The notes beneath the pieces are model-generated. The model saw only the letters and a list, made by a program, of their open reading frames with translations. It was not told the DNA's origin and searched no databases. A DNA stretch of 64,000 bases from Bacteroidales bacterium (GTDB taxonomy: Bacteria > Bacteroidota > Bacteroidia > Bacteroidales > UBA932): NCBI GenBank assembly GCA_041672845.1, contig JBAYYV010000003.1, positions 38,506 to 102,505 on the forward strand, in the 5' to 3' direction. Numbering within the stretch: the stretch's first letter is position 1; each line of letters begins with the position of its first letter. Shown here piece by piece: positions 1 through 8,987 of the stretch. A program made the translations under genes and the position numbers.

Positions 1-14
1 TATTATGACTGACG

Positions 15-806
15 TCAATTTTTTCTACTAGTTTTTTTTTGGCCTAATAGTCTCAATAGAATAAAGACAAGAACGCAAACGCTAACGAAAATTATAGATA
101 TAGGACGAGCATAACTTAACCCGAATGAATTAAATCTATCGAAAATAAGAACTGGTGCTGTCATAGGGTGATATGCTACTATTATTACTGCACCGAATTC
201 TGACATACCGCGAGCAAACATTAATACTAAACCTGAAATAATAGATGGTTTAGCTAGGGGAAGAGCGATAGTTTTAAAAGACTGAAAAGGGGATGCTCCT
301 AATGTAGCAGCAGATTGTTCTAATCTTTTAGGTACTGCTTCGAAACCATCTTTGGCTGAATTAATTAAGAAAGGTAATGATACGAAAGCCATGGCTAATC
401 CTATGGCAAAAGGAGATCCTATCAAATTTAAACCTATTGAATCTGCGAGTCTTCCTAATAAACTATCTCTAGTTATAAGACCCAATACTGCTATACCTGC
501 AGCTGAGTGAGGTAAAACTATAGGAAGATCTATAAAACCAAGTAAAAGATTTTTGCCTTTAAAATCATGTCTTGCAAGTAAATAGGCTAGTGGAATAGCA
601 AATACTGCAAAGATCAAAGTAGTAGCCGCAGCTATAACTAAACTAGTTATGATACTTTGGCTAACTTCTGGATCAGCAGCACTTTCAAATATCTTATCAA
701 GACTACTAGAAAAATACAAACTAATAATAGGTGATATGATAAAAAGCAAAGCAATACCTGATAAAAACAAGAAAATCAATCTGGAAGTGCGGTTTCTATT
801 TTTCAT
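15..806 (-). CDS. ABC transporter permease, tungstate/molybdate type (WtpB/ModB-like)
   Basis: 263-aa ORF with several hydrophobic TM segments and an ABC-permease EAA loop (LEQSAATLGASPFQSFKTIALPLAKP). It lies in the same cluster as a WtpA-like binding protein and Moco genes. Confidence 0.75.
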   Translation of the reverse strand: MKNRNRTSRLIFLFLSGIALLFIISPIISLYFSSSLDKIFESAADPEVSQSIITSLVIAAATTLIFAVFAIPLAYLLARHDFKGKNLLLGFIDLPIVLPHSAAGIAVLGLITRDSLLGRLADSIGLNLIGSPFAIGLAMAFVSLPFLINSAKDGFEAVPKRLEQSAATLGASPFQSFKTIALPLAKPSIISGLVLMFARGMSEFGAVIIVAYHPMTAPVLIFDRFNSFGLSYARPISIIFVSVCVLVFILLRLLGQKKTSRKN

Positions 807-828
807 TTGAGAAAATGTAATTTATATA

Positions 829-836
829 CAAAGTTA
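829..836 (-). promoter_or_regulatory. Bacteroidota-type -7 promoter box (TAACTTTG read on minus strand)
   Basis: The plus strand reads CAAAGTTA, 23 nt upstream of the permease ATG at 806. It matches the TAnnTTTG consensus known for Bacteroides promoters. Confidence 0.4.
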
Positions 837-856
837 AATTTTTCTGATGAATTTAC

Positions 857-864
857 TACCTTTG
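857..864 (+). promoter_or_regulatory. Bacteroidota-type -7 promoter box (TACCTTTG) for moeA
   Basis: The box lies downstream of the ORF-track ATG at 847 and 19 nt upstream of the in-frame ATG at 883. This favours 883 as the real moeA start. Confidence 0.4.
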
Positions 865-882
865 TTTAATAAAGCTTATAAT

Positions 883-2181
883 ATGATAGATTTTAAGGAC
901 GCATTACAGATTCTTGTAGATAATACCATTCCTGAATTTACTGAGACTTCAGATAATTATACAGAAATAATCCCTATAGAAGATAGTGTTAATAGAATAT
1001 TAGCTATGGATATAGTTTCGTATTCTGAAATTCCACCATTTAATAGAGCTGCTATGGATGGGTATGCTTGTAAAAGGGAAGATATAGATAAAGGGAAATA
1101 TCTTAAGATCCAAGAAATTATCCCAGCTGGAAAACTTGGTGAAAAAGAAGTGATAATGGGAGTGTGCTCTAAAATTATGACAGGAGCTTCATTGCCGACA
1201 GGCGCAGAAGTAATAGTGATGGTAGAAGAATGTGAGGAAATAGAAATTAAGGGCGAAAAATATATGATATTGTCGTCAGACTGTACTAATATAGAAAATC
1301 TGCGTAAGAAAGAAAATTACAGTAAAAAAGGTGAAGATTTGCAGAAGGGTGATATAGTGATTAAAAAGTTTAAACGACTTAGAACCCAGGATGTAGCGAC
1401 TATGGCGAGCTGTGGATATAGAGAAATAAGAGTGAACAGAAAGGTGAAAGTGGCAGTCATTTCGACAGGAGATGAAATTTGTGAACCTTTTACAGATAAG
1501 GAGCAGTCATCTATTAAAAATATACCTAATGAAAAATCAGCAAATCAAATAGTATTGCCAATAGGCAAAATCTTTAATGCAAATTCTTGGCAAATCATGG
1601 CGCTGTTAAAACAATTTTCTGCGGAACCTACTTATTACGGTATTGCAGTGGATGATATGGAAAAGACTAAAAAACTCTTAAAAAAAGCTGTTTCTGAAAA
1701 TAAATTGGTTCTGATTTCAGGTGGTGTTTCGGAAGGTGATTTCGATTATGTGCCTATTGTTATGAAAAAATTAGGGTTTGAAATATTATTTGATAGAGTA
1801 GCTGTTCAGCCTGGAAAACCTACGACATTTGCAGTACGGAAAGTCAATGAACGTAAATATTTAATAGGACTTCCAGGTAATCCTGTTTCGACTTATGTTC
1901 AAACAAATCTCTTCGTAAAAGCTTTATTATCAGTTCTTAATGGTTTGGGTTATGAGGATAAAACTTATGATTTTGCTCTTGCTAGAGATTATCATAGAAG
2001 AAATGCTAAAAGATTAGCTCATATTCCTATAGTGTTGACTGCAGATGGGAGAGTTATACCTATAGAATATCATGGCTCGGCTCATATTAGTGCTATTCCT
2101 AAAGCAGATGGATTTGCCAGAATTCCTATCGGTGTGAAAGAGTATAAAGAAAATGATCAAGTTCAAGTAATATTATTATAA
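883..2181 (+). CDS. moeA: Molybdopterin molybdenum/tungsten transferase MoeA
   Basis: MoeA hallmarks are present: AAMDGYAC, LISGGVSEGDFDYV, VAVQPGKPT and GLPGNPVS. The ORF track starts at 847, but 883 (MIDFKDAL) is preferred because of the promoter box. Confidence 0.85.
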   Translation: MIDFKDALQILVDNTIPEFTETSDNYTEIIPIEDSVNRILAMDIVSYSEIPPFNRAAMDGYACKREDIDKGKYLKIQEIIPAGKLGEKEVIMGVCSKIMTGASLPTGAEVIVMVEECEEIEIKGEKYMILSSDCTNIENLRKKENYSKKGEDLQKGDIVIKKFKRLRTQDVATMASCGYREIRVNRKVKVAVISTGDEICEPFTDKEQSSIKNIPNEKSANQIVLPIGKIFNANSWQIMALLKQFSAEPTYYGIAVDDMEKTKKLLKKAVSENKLVLISGGVSEGDFDYVPIVMKKLGFEILFDRVAVQPGKPTTFAVRKVNERKYLIGLPGNPVSTYVQTNLFVKALLSVLNGLGYEDKTYDFALARDYHRRNAKRLAHIPIVLTADGRVIPIEYHGSAHISAIPKADGFARIPIGVKEYKENDQVQVILL

Positions 2182-2196
2182 AGAAATAAAAGTATA

Positions 2197-3063
2197 ATGA
2201 AAGATAATTTCGGTAGAGAAATTAGTTATCTAAGAATTTCGGTTACAGATAGATGTAATCTTCGTTGTGTATATTGTATGCCTGCTGAAGGTGTTCCTTT
2301 AATTCATCATTCTCAAATTCTTAACTTCGATGAAATATGTGGTTTTGTAAAATATGCTGTCGCTCATGGTATTCATAAAGTTAGACTTACGGGAGGTGAA
2401 CCTACTGTTAGAAAGAATATTACGACTTTAGTGTCTATGCTTTCATCCATAGAGGGTATTCATGATTTAGCTATGACTACTAATGCTCAGCTTTTGGAAA
2501 GTATGGCACTGGAATTAAAACAAGCAGGACTAAATAGAGTGAATATTTCGTTGGATACTCTAGATCCAGATAAATATAGAAAGCTTACAAGAATCGGAGA
2601 TATCGAAAAAGTTTTTAGAGGAATAGCCGAGGCTAAGAAAGTCGGTCTGACGCCCATTAAATTAAATTGTGTTTTGATGAATGAGCCTGCTGATAATAAC
2701 CTTTGTTCTTTACCTGATGACCATACAAATGTTTCTAAGAAAAAGACTGAGAAAAATCAACAGCATAGAGTACAGATGCAAAAATTTGCTGATGACAATG
2801 ATTTAGATCTTCGTTTCATACATTATATGAACTTAAAGGATGGTAGTTTCTCTGTAGTCGAGGGTGGTCGAGGAGGAGACTGTCCAAACTGTGATCGCTT
2901 GCGATTAACTTCTACTGGATTATTAAAGCCTTGTTTGTTCTCAAATATATCTTATGATATTCGTAAACTAGGATATGAAAAAGCTTTCCAAGAGGCTATA
3001 AAAAATAAACCTCATCATGGTGTAGCTAATACAGAAGATGAGTTTTATACTATAGGTGGATAA
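2197..3063 (+). CDS. moaA: GTP 3',8-cyclase MoaA (radical SAM)
   Basis: N-terminal CNLRCVYC radical-SAM cluster motif, a second cluster motif CPNC-x13-C (CPNCDRLRLTSTGLLKPC) and the conserved C-terminal Gly-Gly (TIGG*). A low-complexity insert (NNLCSLPDDHTNVSKKKTEKNQQH) is also present. Confidence 0.85.
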   Translation: MKDNFGREISYLRISVTDRCNLRCVYCMPAEGVPLIHHSQILNFDEICGFVKYAVAHGIHKVRLTGGEPTVRKNITTLVSMLSSIEGIHDLAMTTNAQLLESMALELKQAGLNRVNISLDTLDPDKYRKLTRIGDIEKVFRGIAEAKKVGLTPIKLNCVLMNEPADNNLCSLPDDHTNVSKKKTEKNQQHRVQMQKFADDNDLDLRFIHYMNLKDGSFSVVEGGRGGDCPNCDRLRLTSTGLLKPCLFSNISYDIRKLGYEKAFQEAIKNKPHHGVANTEDEFYTIGG

Positions 3064-3088
3064 AATAGTAGTAAAAAGCTATAGATTC

Positions 3089-3991
3089 TTATTTATAGAT
3101 AGGAGTTTGTCCCATTTCCTTAAGAATTTTCATACCATGATTTTTATCTAATATGAAATTCACAAATTCATTAGCTAATTTTTTATTGGGTGCATTTTTT
3201 AATATGCATAAACTGTAAGTCATAGGAGTACCCTTTATAATTATACTATCTTTAGGGCTGGATCCTCTTACTTTTACAGATACTGATGCATAATGATTAG
3301 CAAATTCTTTATTTGAAAGATTAATCTCATCTGGTAATTCTAAATAAGGTAACCCATGCTGAATAGCTACAGATTTATATAAGAAAATATAATCCAATGC
3401 ACCTGAATCTAATAGAGCTATAAGATCTACTTCTTTAGGACGAATAAAACGATGGTCCTTAGCTAGAAACTCATTTATATCGAAAGGACTCTTATTATTA
3501 TAATATTGCTGAGCCAGTTTCATAACTAAAATAGATCTATATCCACAAGGATCACTATTAGGATCTGATCTACCGTAAAAAACATCTGGTTTTAATAAAA
3601 TTTTAAACCAATTCTGATCATTAATTTCATCATGATATCGAGAATTCTTGGTGTAAACGATAGACATTTCATTACCTGCAAATACAATATTTGAATCAGT
3701 GTACTTAGGTAATAATAATTTATCTATTACAGTATAATCAGCAGATGCCATAATATCACATTCTTTTTTTAATTCAGTGATTTTTCTAGCACAGTCTATA
3801 CTGCCAGATGCTTCCATTATGAAATCTACATTAGGATGTGACACTTTAAAACTATCAGCAATAGTCTTAAAAGGCATTGAAAGGCTGCCTGCATGAAATA
3901 TCTTTATTTGTTCATTATTTTGAGTACAAGAAAATAAAAATGGAACAAATAAAATGAGTAAAAAGTATTTATTAATATTTATAGATTTCAT
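3089..3991 (-). CDS. wtpA: Tungstate/molybdate ABC transporter substrate-binding lipoprotein, WtpA type
   Basis: Motifs FHAGSL, HPNV, ASADYTVI, SRYHDEINDQNWF, SDPNSDPCGYRS and SGALDYIFLYKSVAIQHG closely follow my recollection of Pyrococcus WtpA. A lipobox LFSCTQ is present. The start is moved to the MKSININ Met at 3991 (ORF track 4042). Confidence 0.8.
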   Translation of the reverse strand: MKSININKYFLLILFVPFLFSCTQNNEQIKIFHAGSLSMPFKTIADSFKVSHPNVDFIMEASGSIDCARKITELKKECDIMASADYTVIDKLLLPKYTDSNIVFAGNEMSIVYTKNSRYHDEINDQNWFKILLKPDVFYGRSDPNSDPCGYRSILVMKLAQQYYNNKSPFDINEFLAKDHRFIRPKEVDLIALLDSGALDYIFLYKSVAIQHGLPYLELPDEINLSNKEFANHYASVSVKVRGSSPKDSIIIKGTPMTYSLCILKNAPNKKLANEFVNFILDKNHGMKILKEMGQTPIYK

Positions 3992-4022
3992 GATTATAAA
4001 GATTTTTGGATTTCTTATTAAA

Positions 4023-5228
4023 CTAATCTTCCGGTATATCATAAGGAATAAGTCTTATTTCTGATACACTTCTTATCGCTCTATCAGCGAAGTGATCAGG
4101 TGCGATATATGCTCTGTAATTATTTCTATTAAGTTTCTTAAATTCATTTATTAGAAGAATTTCTCTCTGGTCATTTCTATTTAATACCTCTGATACAGAA
4201 AAAGCACATCTATAACCATCTATGCCACAGATACTAAACATACCTTCTCTAACAAATTTAGGATCGTATTTATTGAAATATTTAATAAGAATATCTCTTA
4301 GCATAGGACCTGTAAAAGTTTTTTCACCTTTGAATCCCATACTTCTACCATAAAATATGGCAGCATGAGATACTACAGGAATACTTTTATCTATATCACC
4401 TATTTTGCCTAATTCTTGATAATCATTATCGACTACTTTAATATAACCAGGATAATGTTTAAAAATAGTATCATTTCTAACTACGATGTAATTACCTTTT
4501 AAAGAACGTATAGTAATTTTAGAAGGATTAGGGATATTCCTTTCTGCTATGAGGTCATTTTTGCAAACTATTTTAGTCTGTGTAGGGTAAGGCCATAATT
4601 CACCAGTCTTCCCAGTGGGAAGGCGAGTGGCTCTTTTGGCTATTATAATACTATAAGGACATGCAGCATAGAAGATTTCTCCCCAAGAAAAAAGTGCTTT
4701 ATCTCCTTTATCATTGCTTATTTCGACATATAAATCTACAGGAGGATAGAAAGAATTTTTATTTACTTTATCTATTTTAATAGAGTTTAGGATATCGCAA
4801 AGTGCATAACCATCATATCTAAAAGCACCATAAAAATCTCTTCCATTTATAGTGCTAGCTGGTGCACCATTAGGAGCTATTTGAGCTGGGTTATCCCTAT
4901 TGTATCTTTTTTTAACCCAACCAGTAGAATCTATAAAATCGCCATGAAATCTACTACCTTCTACTTTTGCTTCCATAATAGTGACAGAACGAAGTGGCAA
5001 ATCTGTCAGGTCTATGGTTTCATCACTTTCTACTTCACCAGTAATTAAAATATGAGAATTCCCTTCTAAAGTTTTAGGTTCAGTTTGATTAAAAAAGTTA
5101 TTAGAGCCTGACTGCCATACTAAGGTAGAGCCACTAATAGCATCAATAGATGATTTACAAGAAGAAATAGAGGTAATACATATAAAACATACTGCTATCA
5201 ATATTCCTAAATTAGATAATTTTTTCAT
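4023..5228 (-). CDS. Lipoprotein with two tandem sulfite-oxidase-like (molybdopterin-binding-fold) domains; function unknown
   Basis: SPII lipobox (ISSCKS). Two halves each show the Oxidored_molyb-like pattern: YGAFRYDGYALCDILNS...SKITIRSL and FTGPMLRDILIKYF...GIDGYRCAFSVSEV...RAIRSVSEIRLIP. It sits between wtpA and a cysteine desulfidase-like gene. Confidence 0.45.
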   Translation of the reverse strand: MKKLSNLGILIAVCFICITSISSCKSSIDAISGSTLVWQSGSNNFFNQTEPKTLEGNSHILITGEVESDETIDLTDLPLRSVTIMEAKVEGSRFHGDFIDSTGWVKKRYNRDNPAQIAPNGAPASTINGRDFYGAFRYDGYALCDILNSIKIDKVNKNSFYPPVDLYVEISNDKGDKALFSWGEIFYAACPYSIIIAKRATRLPTGKTGELWPYPTQTKIVCKNDLIAERNIPNPSKITIRSLKGNYIVVRNDTIFKHYPGYIKVVDNDYQELGKIGDIDKSIPVVSHAAIFYGRSMGFKGEKTFTGPMLRDILIKYFNKYDPKFVREGMFSICGIDGYRCAFSVSEVLNRNDQREILLINEFKKLNRNNYRAYIAPDHFADRAIRSVSEIRLIPYDIPED

Positions 5229-5238
5229 AGAATTAAGA

Positions 5239-6522
5239 TTATTTTTTTACCATTATATTCAAAATTAATTCATCAGTAGATTGCATACCAACAGAACCTA
5301 TTTTAGCGACATTTTGTAAAGTTTTTTCGATATCATCTTCTATTATACCATCGTTTCCAGAAACACAAACATTGTCTAATGCCAGTATAGCAGCTTGCAT
5401 AGCTGAAGATACACCGGCAGCGACTTTTAATGAACAACCTACTTTGGCTCCATCACAAATCATACCGATGATACTACCTGCCATATTTTTGATAGCACTA
5501 CACATAGTGTTATAACCACCATTTCTCATATATACTATACCGCAAGAAGCTCCTATAGAGGCTATCACTGCACCACAAAGGGCTGAAAGCTGACCTAGAT
5601 GTCCTTTTATATGAATAGCTACTAGATGACTAATAGTAAGTGCTCTAGCTAGAGTTTCTTTATCTACTCCAGTTTTTTCAGCGATAACTATAATAGGTAC
5701 CGTAGCTGCAAGGCCTTGGTTACCACTACCAGAGTTAGACATGGCAGGAAGCATACACCCAGCCATACGGGCATCAGAAGCAGCTGCAGTCATACCCATA
5801 GCATAATTCATGAGGCCATCACCATATACAGATTTATTATTATTGTTCATAAGAGTTTTACCTACTCTAAGGCCACAGTCTTTTTTAAGACCTTCTTTAA
5901 CCAGAGCCATATTCATATCGACACAGTCTAATATAAATTCTATATCTTTAAAATCTACAGAAGTAGCAAATTGATAAATTTCTTTTACAGTAATTTCAGC
6001 AGCTAGATTACTCTTAATTTTAGGGATGTCCTTACTTGTAGAAGATTTATTAGTATAATTATCTAAAAGGATTTTACTATCAAGTTCTATTTTTACGAAA
6101 TTAGTGTGCTTATCAGCTATTATTACAGTAGCAGTATGAGAGCTAGAAAAAACAGTAGCTTCTACATATAATTTTTCTGGATTAGGAGCTATTTCTATAG
6201 TTACCCTTTTTTCATCTACCATTTTTAAAGCTTGTACTACATTATAAGGAGTAACATCTTTAAGAACTTCTAATTTATATTCGGATTTTCCACATATAGC
6301 ACCTAAAGCAGATGCTATGTATAATCCAGTTTGCTGAGTACCAGGTATTCCTACACCCATACCATTTTTTAATATATTCCCACTAATTTTTACTTCGATT
6401 TTACCGGGTTGTTCCCCTAATATTTCTACACTTTTAGCTACGGCTAAAGCTACTGCTATGGGTTCAGTACAACCTAAAGCGGGTTTTACTTCTTGTTTAA
6501 GAAGTTCTATCATTTTATTCAT
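5239..6522 (-). CDS. UPF0597 / YhaM-type L-cysteine desulfidase family protein
   Basis: 427 aa with the N-terminal signature KPALGCTEPIAVALAVAKS and Gly/Ala-rich serine-dehydratase-alpha-like segments (SNSGSGNQG, CDGAKVGC). Confidence 0.75.
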   Translation of the reverse strand: MNKMIELLKQEVKPALGCTEPIAVALAVAKSVEILGEQPGKIEVKISGNILKNGMGVGIPGTQQTGLYIASALGAICGKSEYKLEVLKDVTPYNVVQALKMVDEKRVTIEIAPNPEKLYVEATVFSSSHTATVIIADKHTNFVKIELDSKILLDNYTNKSSTSKDIPKIKSNLAAEITVKEIYQFATSVDFKDIEFILDCVDMNMALVKEGLKKDCGLRVGKTLMNNNNKSVYGDGLMNYAMGMTAAASDARMAGCMLPAMSNSGSGNQGLAATVPIIVIAEKTGVDKETLARALTISHLVAIHIKGHLGQLSALCGAVIASIGASCGIVYMRNGGYNTMCSAIKNMAGSIIGMICDGAKVGCSLKVAAGVSSAMQAAILALDNVCVSGNDGIIEDDIEKTLQNVAKIGSVGMQSTDELILNIMVKK

Positions 6523-6607
6523 TAAGAATTTATATTTTAAGTTATTATTAATCGTTTCAGTTTAATATTTTAAGTAAACACCAAGAATGGTTATTTTCAA
6601 AACGATA

Positions 6608-6615
6608 CAAAGATA
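6608..6615 (-). promoter_or_regulatory. -7 promoter box (TATCTTTG on minus strand) for the cysteine desulfidase-lipoprotein-wtpA operon
   Basis: The plus strand reads CAAAGATA, about 85 nt upstream of the ATG at 6522. Confidence 0.35.
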
Positions 6616-6764
6616 AAAATTTTTCAAATTATTTAATAGACTATTTATAAGAAATATAGAGCAAGTTTATTATATGATAGTTTAAAACTATTATAACTGC
6701 ATTTTAATATGAAGAAAATTTAAAACTTTCCATTCATACTGTTTGAAATGAAGTGTATAAAAAT

Positions 6765-6772
6765 TACATTTG
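6765..6772 (+). promoter_or_regulatory. -7 promoter box (TACATTTG) for the AOR gene
   Basis: Matches TAnnTTTG, 26 nt upstream of the ATG at 6798. Confidence 0.45.
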
Positions 6773-6797
6773 TATAAATAATTAACAAAAACTACCA

Positions 6798-8954
6798 ATG
6801 GACTTACGTAAAATCAAAGAAACTAGAAAAATATTGACTAGTGTTCCTTATAAGTGGAAACCTTTAGAAAAAGGATATACAGATGTGGATCTCTATGTTA
6901 ATGTACAAACTAAAAAAATAGAATTTAGACCTATTTCTCCTGCAGTTAAAGACAAATTTGTGGGTGGTAAAGGTTATGGACTTCGTTTTTTATGGGATGC
7001 AGTGACACCCAAAACTAAATGGAATGATCCTGAAAATGAATTAGTGATTTCAGGTGGTCCAGTTTGTGGTATCACTCAGTATTCTGGTTCTGGGAAAAGT
7101 ATTTGTGTAGGTTTATCTCCTCAAACAGATAGAATTGCTGATTCAAATGTAGGTGGTCACTTCGGACCTCATTTAAAATTTGCTGGTTTTGATTCTATCG
7201 AATTACAAGGAATAGCCGAGAAAGATGTAATCGTTTATATAGATGGTGTTAATCATAATATCGAAATATTTGAACCATTTAAAGAATTAGACATTGATTC
7301 TCATTTATTATGTGAAGAATTACATGAAATGTTCTCTGATAATGAAAGGGATAAATTAAATGTATCTGTGGTATCTTCTGGTTCTGCTGCAGAACATTCA
7401 GTTATCGGTATGTTAAATTTCAGTTTTTATGATGTTAAACGTAAGAAAATAAGATTAAAACAAGCAGGTAGAGGTGGACTTGGTACTTTACTAAGATATA
7501 AACATATCAGAGCTATCGTAGCTAAGATTCCTAAAGTGGGACCTAATTTAAATAATGTAGTGGATTTGGCTACTATTTCTGAAAGAGGTAAGAGGATCCA
7601 GAAAGAAATGAAAGAATTAGACGATTCTCAGTCTAAAATGAAAAAAGTGGGAACAGCTCATTTAGTAGATCTTATGGCTGATTATGATTTATTACCAGTT
7701 AAGAATTATAAATTTGGTGATCATCCAAAAGTACCTTTAATCGGAATTAAAAAATGGGAAGAAATTTTTACTCAAGGGGTAAATGACGGTTGTTGGATAG
7801 GATGTGCTATGCAGTGTGCTAAAGCAGTAGATGATTTTCCTTTACAAACAGGTCCATATAAAGGAACTAAAGTTATAGTCGATGGTCCTGAATATGAGAC
7901 TGCTGGAGGACTTGGCTCTAATCAAGGAATTTTTGATCCATTTAATTTAATAGAACAAAATTTTTATTGTGATACTTATGGAATATGTACTATTTCATGG
8001 GGGAATATAATGGGTTTTGTTATGGAATGTTGGGAAAATGGTATCCTTAATTCTGAAAGAACTTATGGATTAGACTTCACATGGGGTAGAGGTGATTCTT
8101 CTCTTGAATGTATGCATCAGATGGCAAGAGGTGAAAAATTTGGCCTTATAGCTGGTCTGGGTGTTCATAGAATGAAAAAACTATTTATTGAAAAAGGATG
8201 GGGAGATCCTCAGTTCTTACAAGATATAGCTATGGAAAATAAAGGCATGGAATATTCAATGTATATTTCTAAAGAATCTCTTGCTCAGCAGGGTGGATTT
8301 GCTATGACTAATAAAGGCCCTCAGCATGATGAAGCTTGGGTAATTTTTATGGATATGGTAAATAAGCAGCTACCTACATTCGAGGATAAAGCTGAAGCAT
8401 TATACTATTATCCTATGTTTAGAACATGGTTCGGTTTAGCTGGATTATGTAAATTAGTTTGGAATGATGTCGAGCCTGCTAATAATAGCGAAACAGATGA
8501 ACCTGCTAAGGTCCCAGAACATGTCGATAATTATGTGGAAATTTTTAAAGCTGTTACAGGACGTCCATTCTCTAAAGAGGAAATGATAATTCAGTCTGAA
8601 AGAGTATATAATTTCCAGAAAATATTTAATATTCGTATGGGATATGGTTTAAGAAAGCATGATGCGCAGCCATATAGAGCATGTGGTCCTGTTACCTTCG
8701 AAGAATATAATTCTAGAATAGTTAGATACGAAAATGAATTAAGAAATGAATGTGGTCTGGATCCAGATAAGATGACTCTTCAAGAAAAATATGATGCTAC
8801 TAGAAAATATCGTGAAGATAAATACGAGAAATTATTGGATGCTGTATATAAGAGAAGAGGATGGAACAATGCAGGTATTCCTATTATAGAACATCTTAAA
8901 GAAATTAAGATGGATTTACCTGAATTGATAGAGATTATTAAGCCTCTTCAGTAA
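6798..8954 (+). CDS. Aldehyde:ferredoxin oxidoreductase family enzyme (tungsto/molybdo-pterin, long YdhV-like form)
   Basis: The sequence is collinear with AOR. Matching segments are GGKGYGLRFLWD, SGGPVCG, HLKFAGFDSIELQG, AGRGGLGT, GTAHLVDL..LPVKNY, the Cys cluster DGCWIGCAMQC, GPEYETAGGLGSN and GLAGLCKL. It is 718 aa, against about 605 aa for classical AOR. Confidence 0.9.
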   Translation: MDLRKIKETRKILTSVPYKWKPLEKGYTDVDLYVNVQTKKIEFRPISPAVKDKFVGGKGYGLRFLWDAVTPKTKWNDPENELVISGGPVCGITQYSGSGKSICVGLSPQTDRIADSNVGGHFGPHLKFAGFDSIELQGIAEKDVIVYIDGVNHNIEIFEPFKELDIDSHLLCEELHEMFSDNERDKLNVSVVSSGSAAEHSVIGMLNFSFYDVKRKKIRLKQAGRGGLGTLLRYKHIRAIVAKIPKVGPNLNNVVDLATISERGKRIQKEMKELDDSQSKMKKVGTAHLVDLMADYDLLPVKNYKFGDHPKVPLIGIKKWEEIFTQGVNDGCWIGCAMQCAKAVDDFPLQTGPYKGTKVIVDGPEYETAGGLGSNQGIFDPFNLIEQNFYCDTYGICTISWGNIMGFVMECWENGILNSERTYGLDFTWGRGDSSLECMHQMARGEKFGLIAGLGVHRMKKLFIEKGWGDPQFLQDIAMENKGMEYSMYISKESLAQQGGFAMTNKGPQHDEAWVIFMDMVNKQLPTFEDKAEALYYYPMFRTWFGLAGLCKLVWNDVEPANNSETDEPAKVPEHVDNYVEIFKAVTGRPFSKEEMIIQSERVYNFQKIFNIRMGYGLRKHDAQPYRACGPVTFEEYNSRIVRYENELRNECGLDPDKMTLQEKYDATRKYREDKYEKLLDAVYKRRGWNNAGIPIIEHLKEIKMDLPELIEIIKPLQ

Positions 8955-8987
8955 ATATCATTAGCTACTAAATTTGTAATTATAGAT

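Noticed and set aside
847-882. Upstream start codons proposed by the ORF track (moeA 847, wtpA 4042, pnuT 16523, V-ATPase E 31765, LTD-OadG 34394, pdxB GTG 39530)
   Set aside because: The N-terminal extensions either overlap the upstream gene, contain a promoter box, or precede an obvious signal peptide or conserved N-terminus. Downstream in-frame ATGs fit better. This remains uncertain without experimental data.
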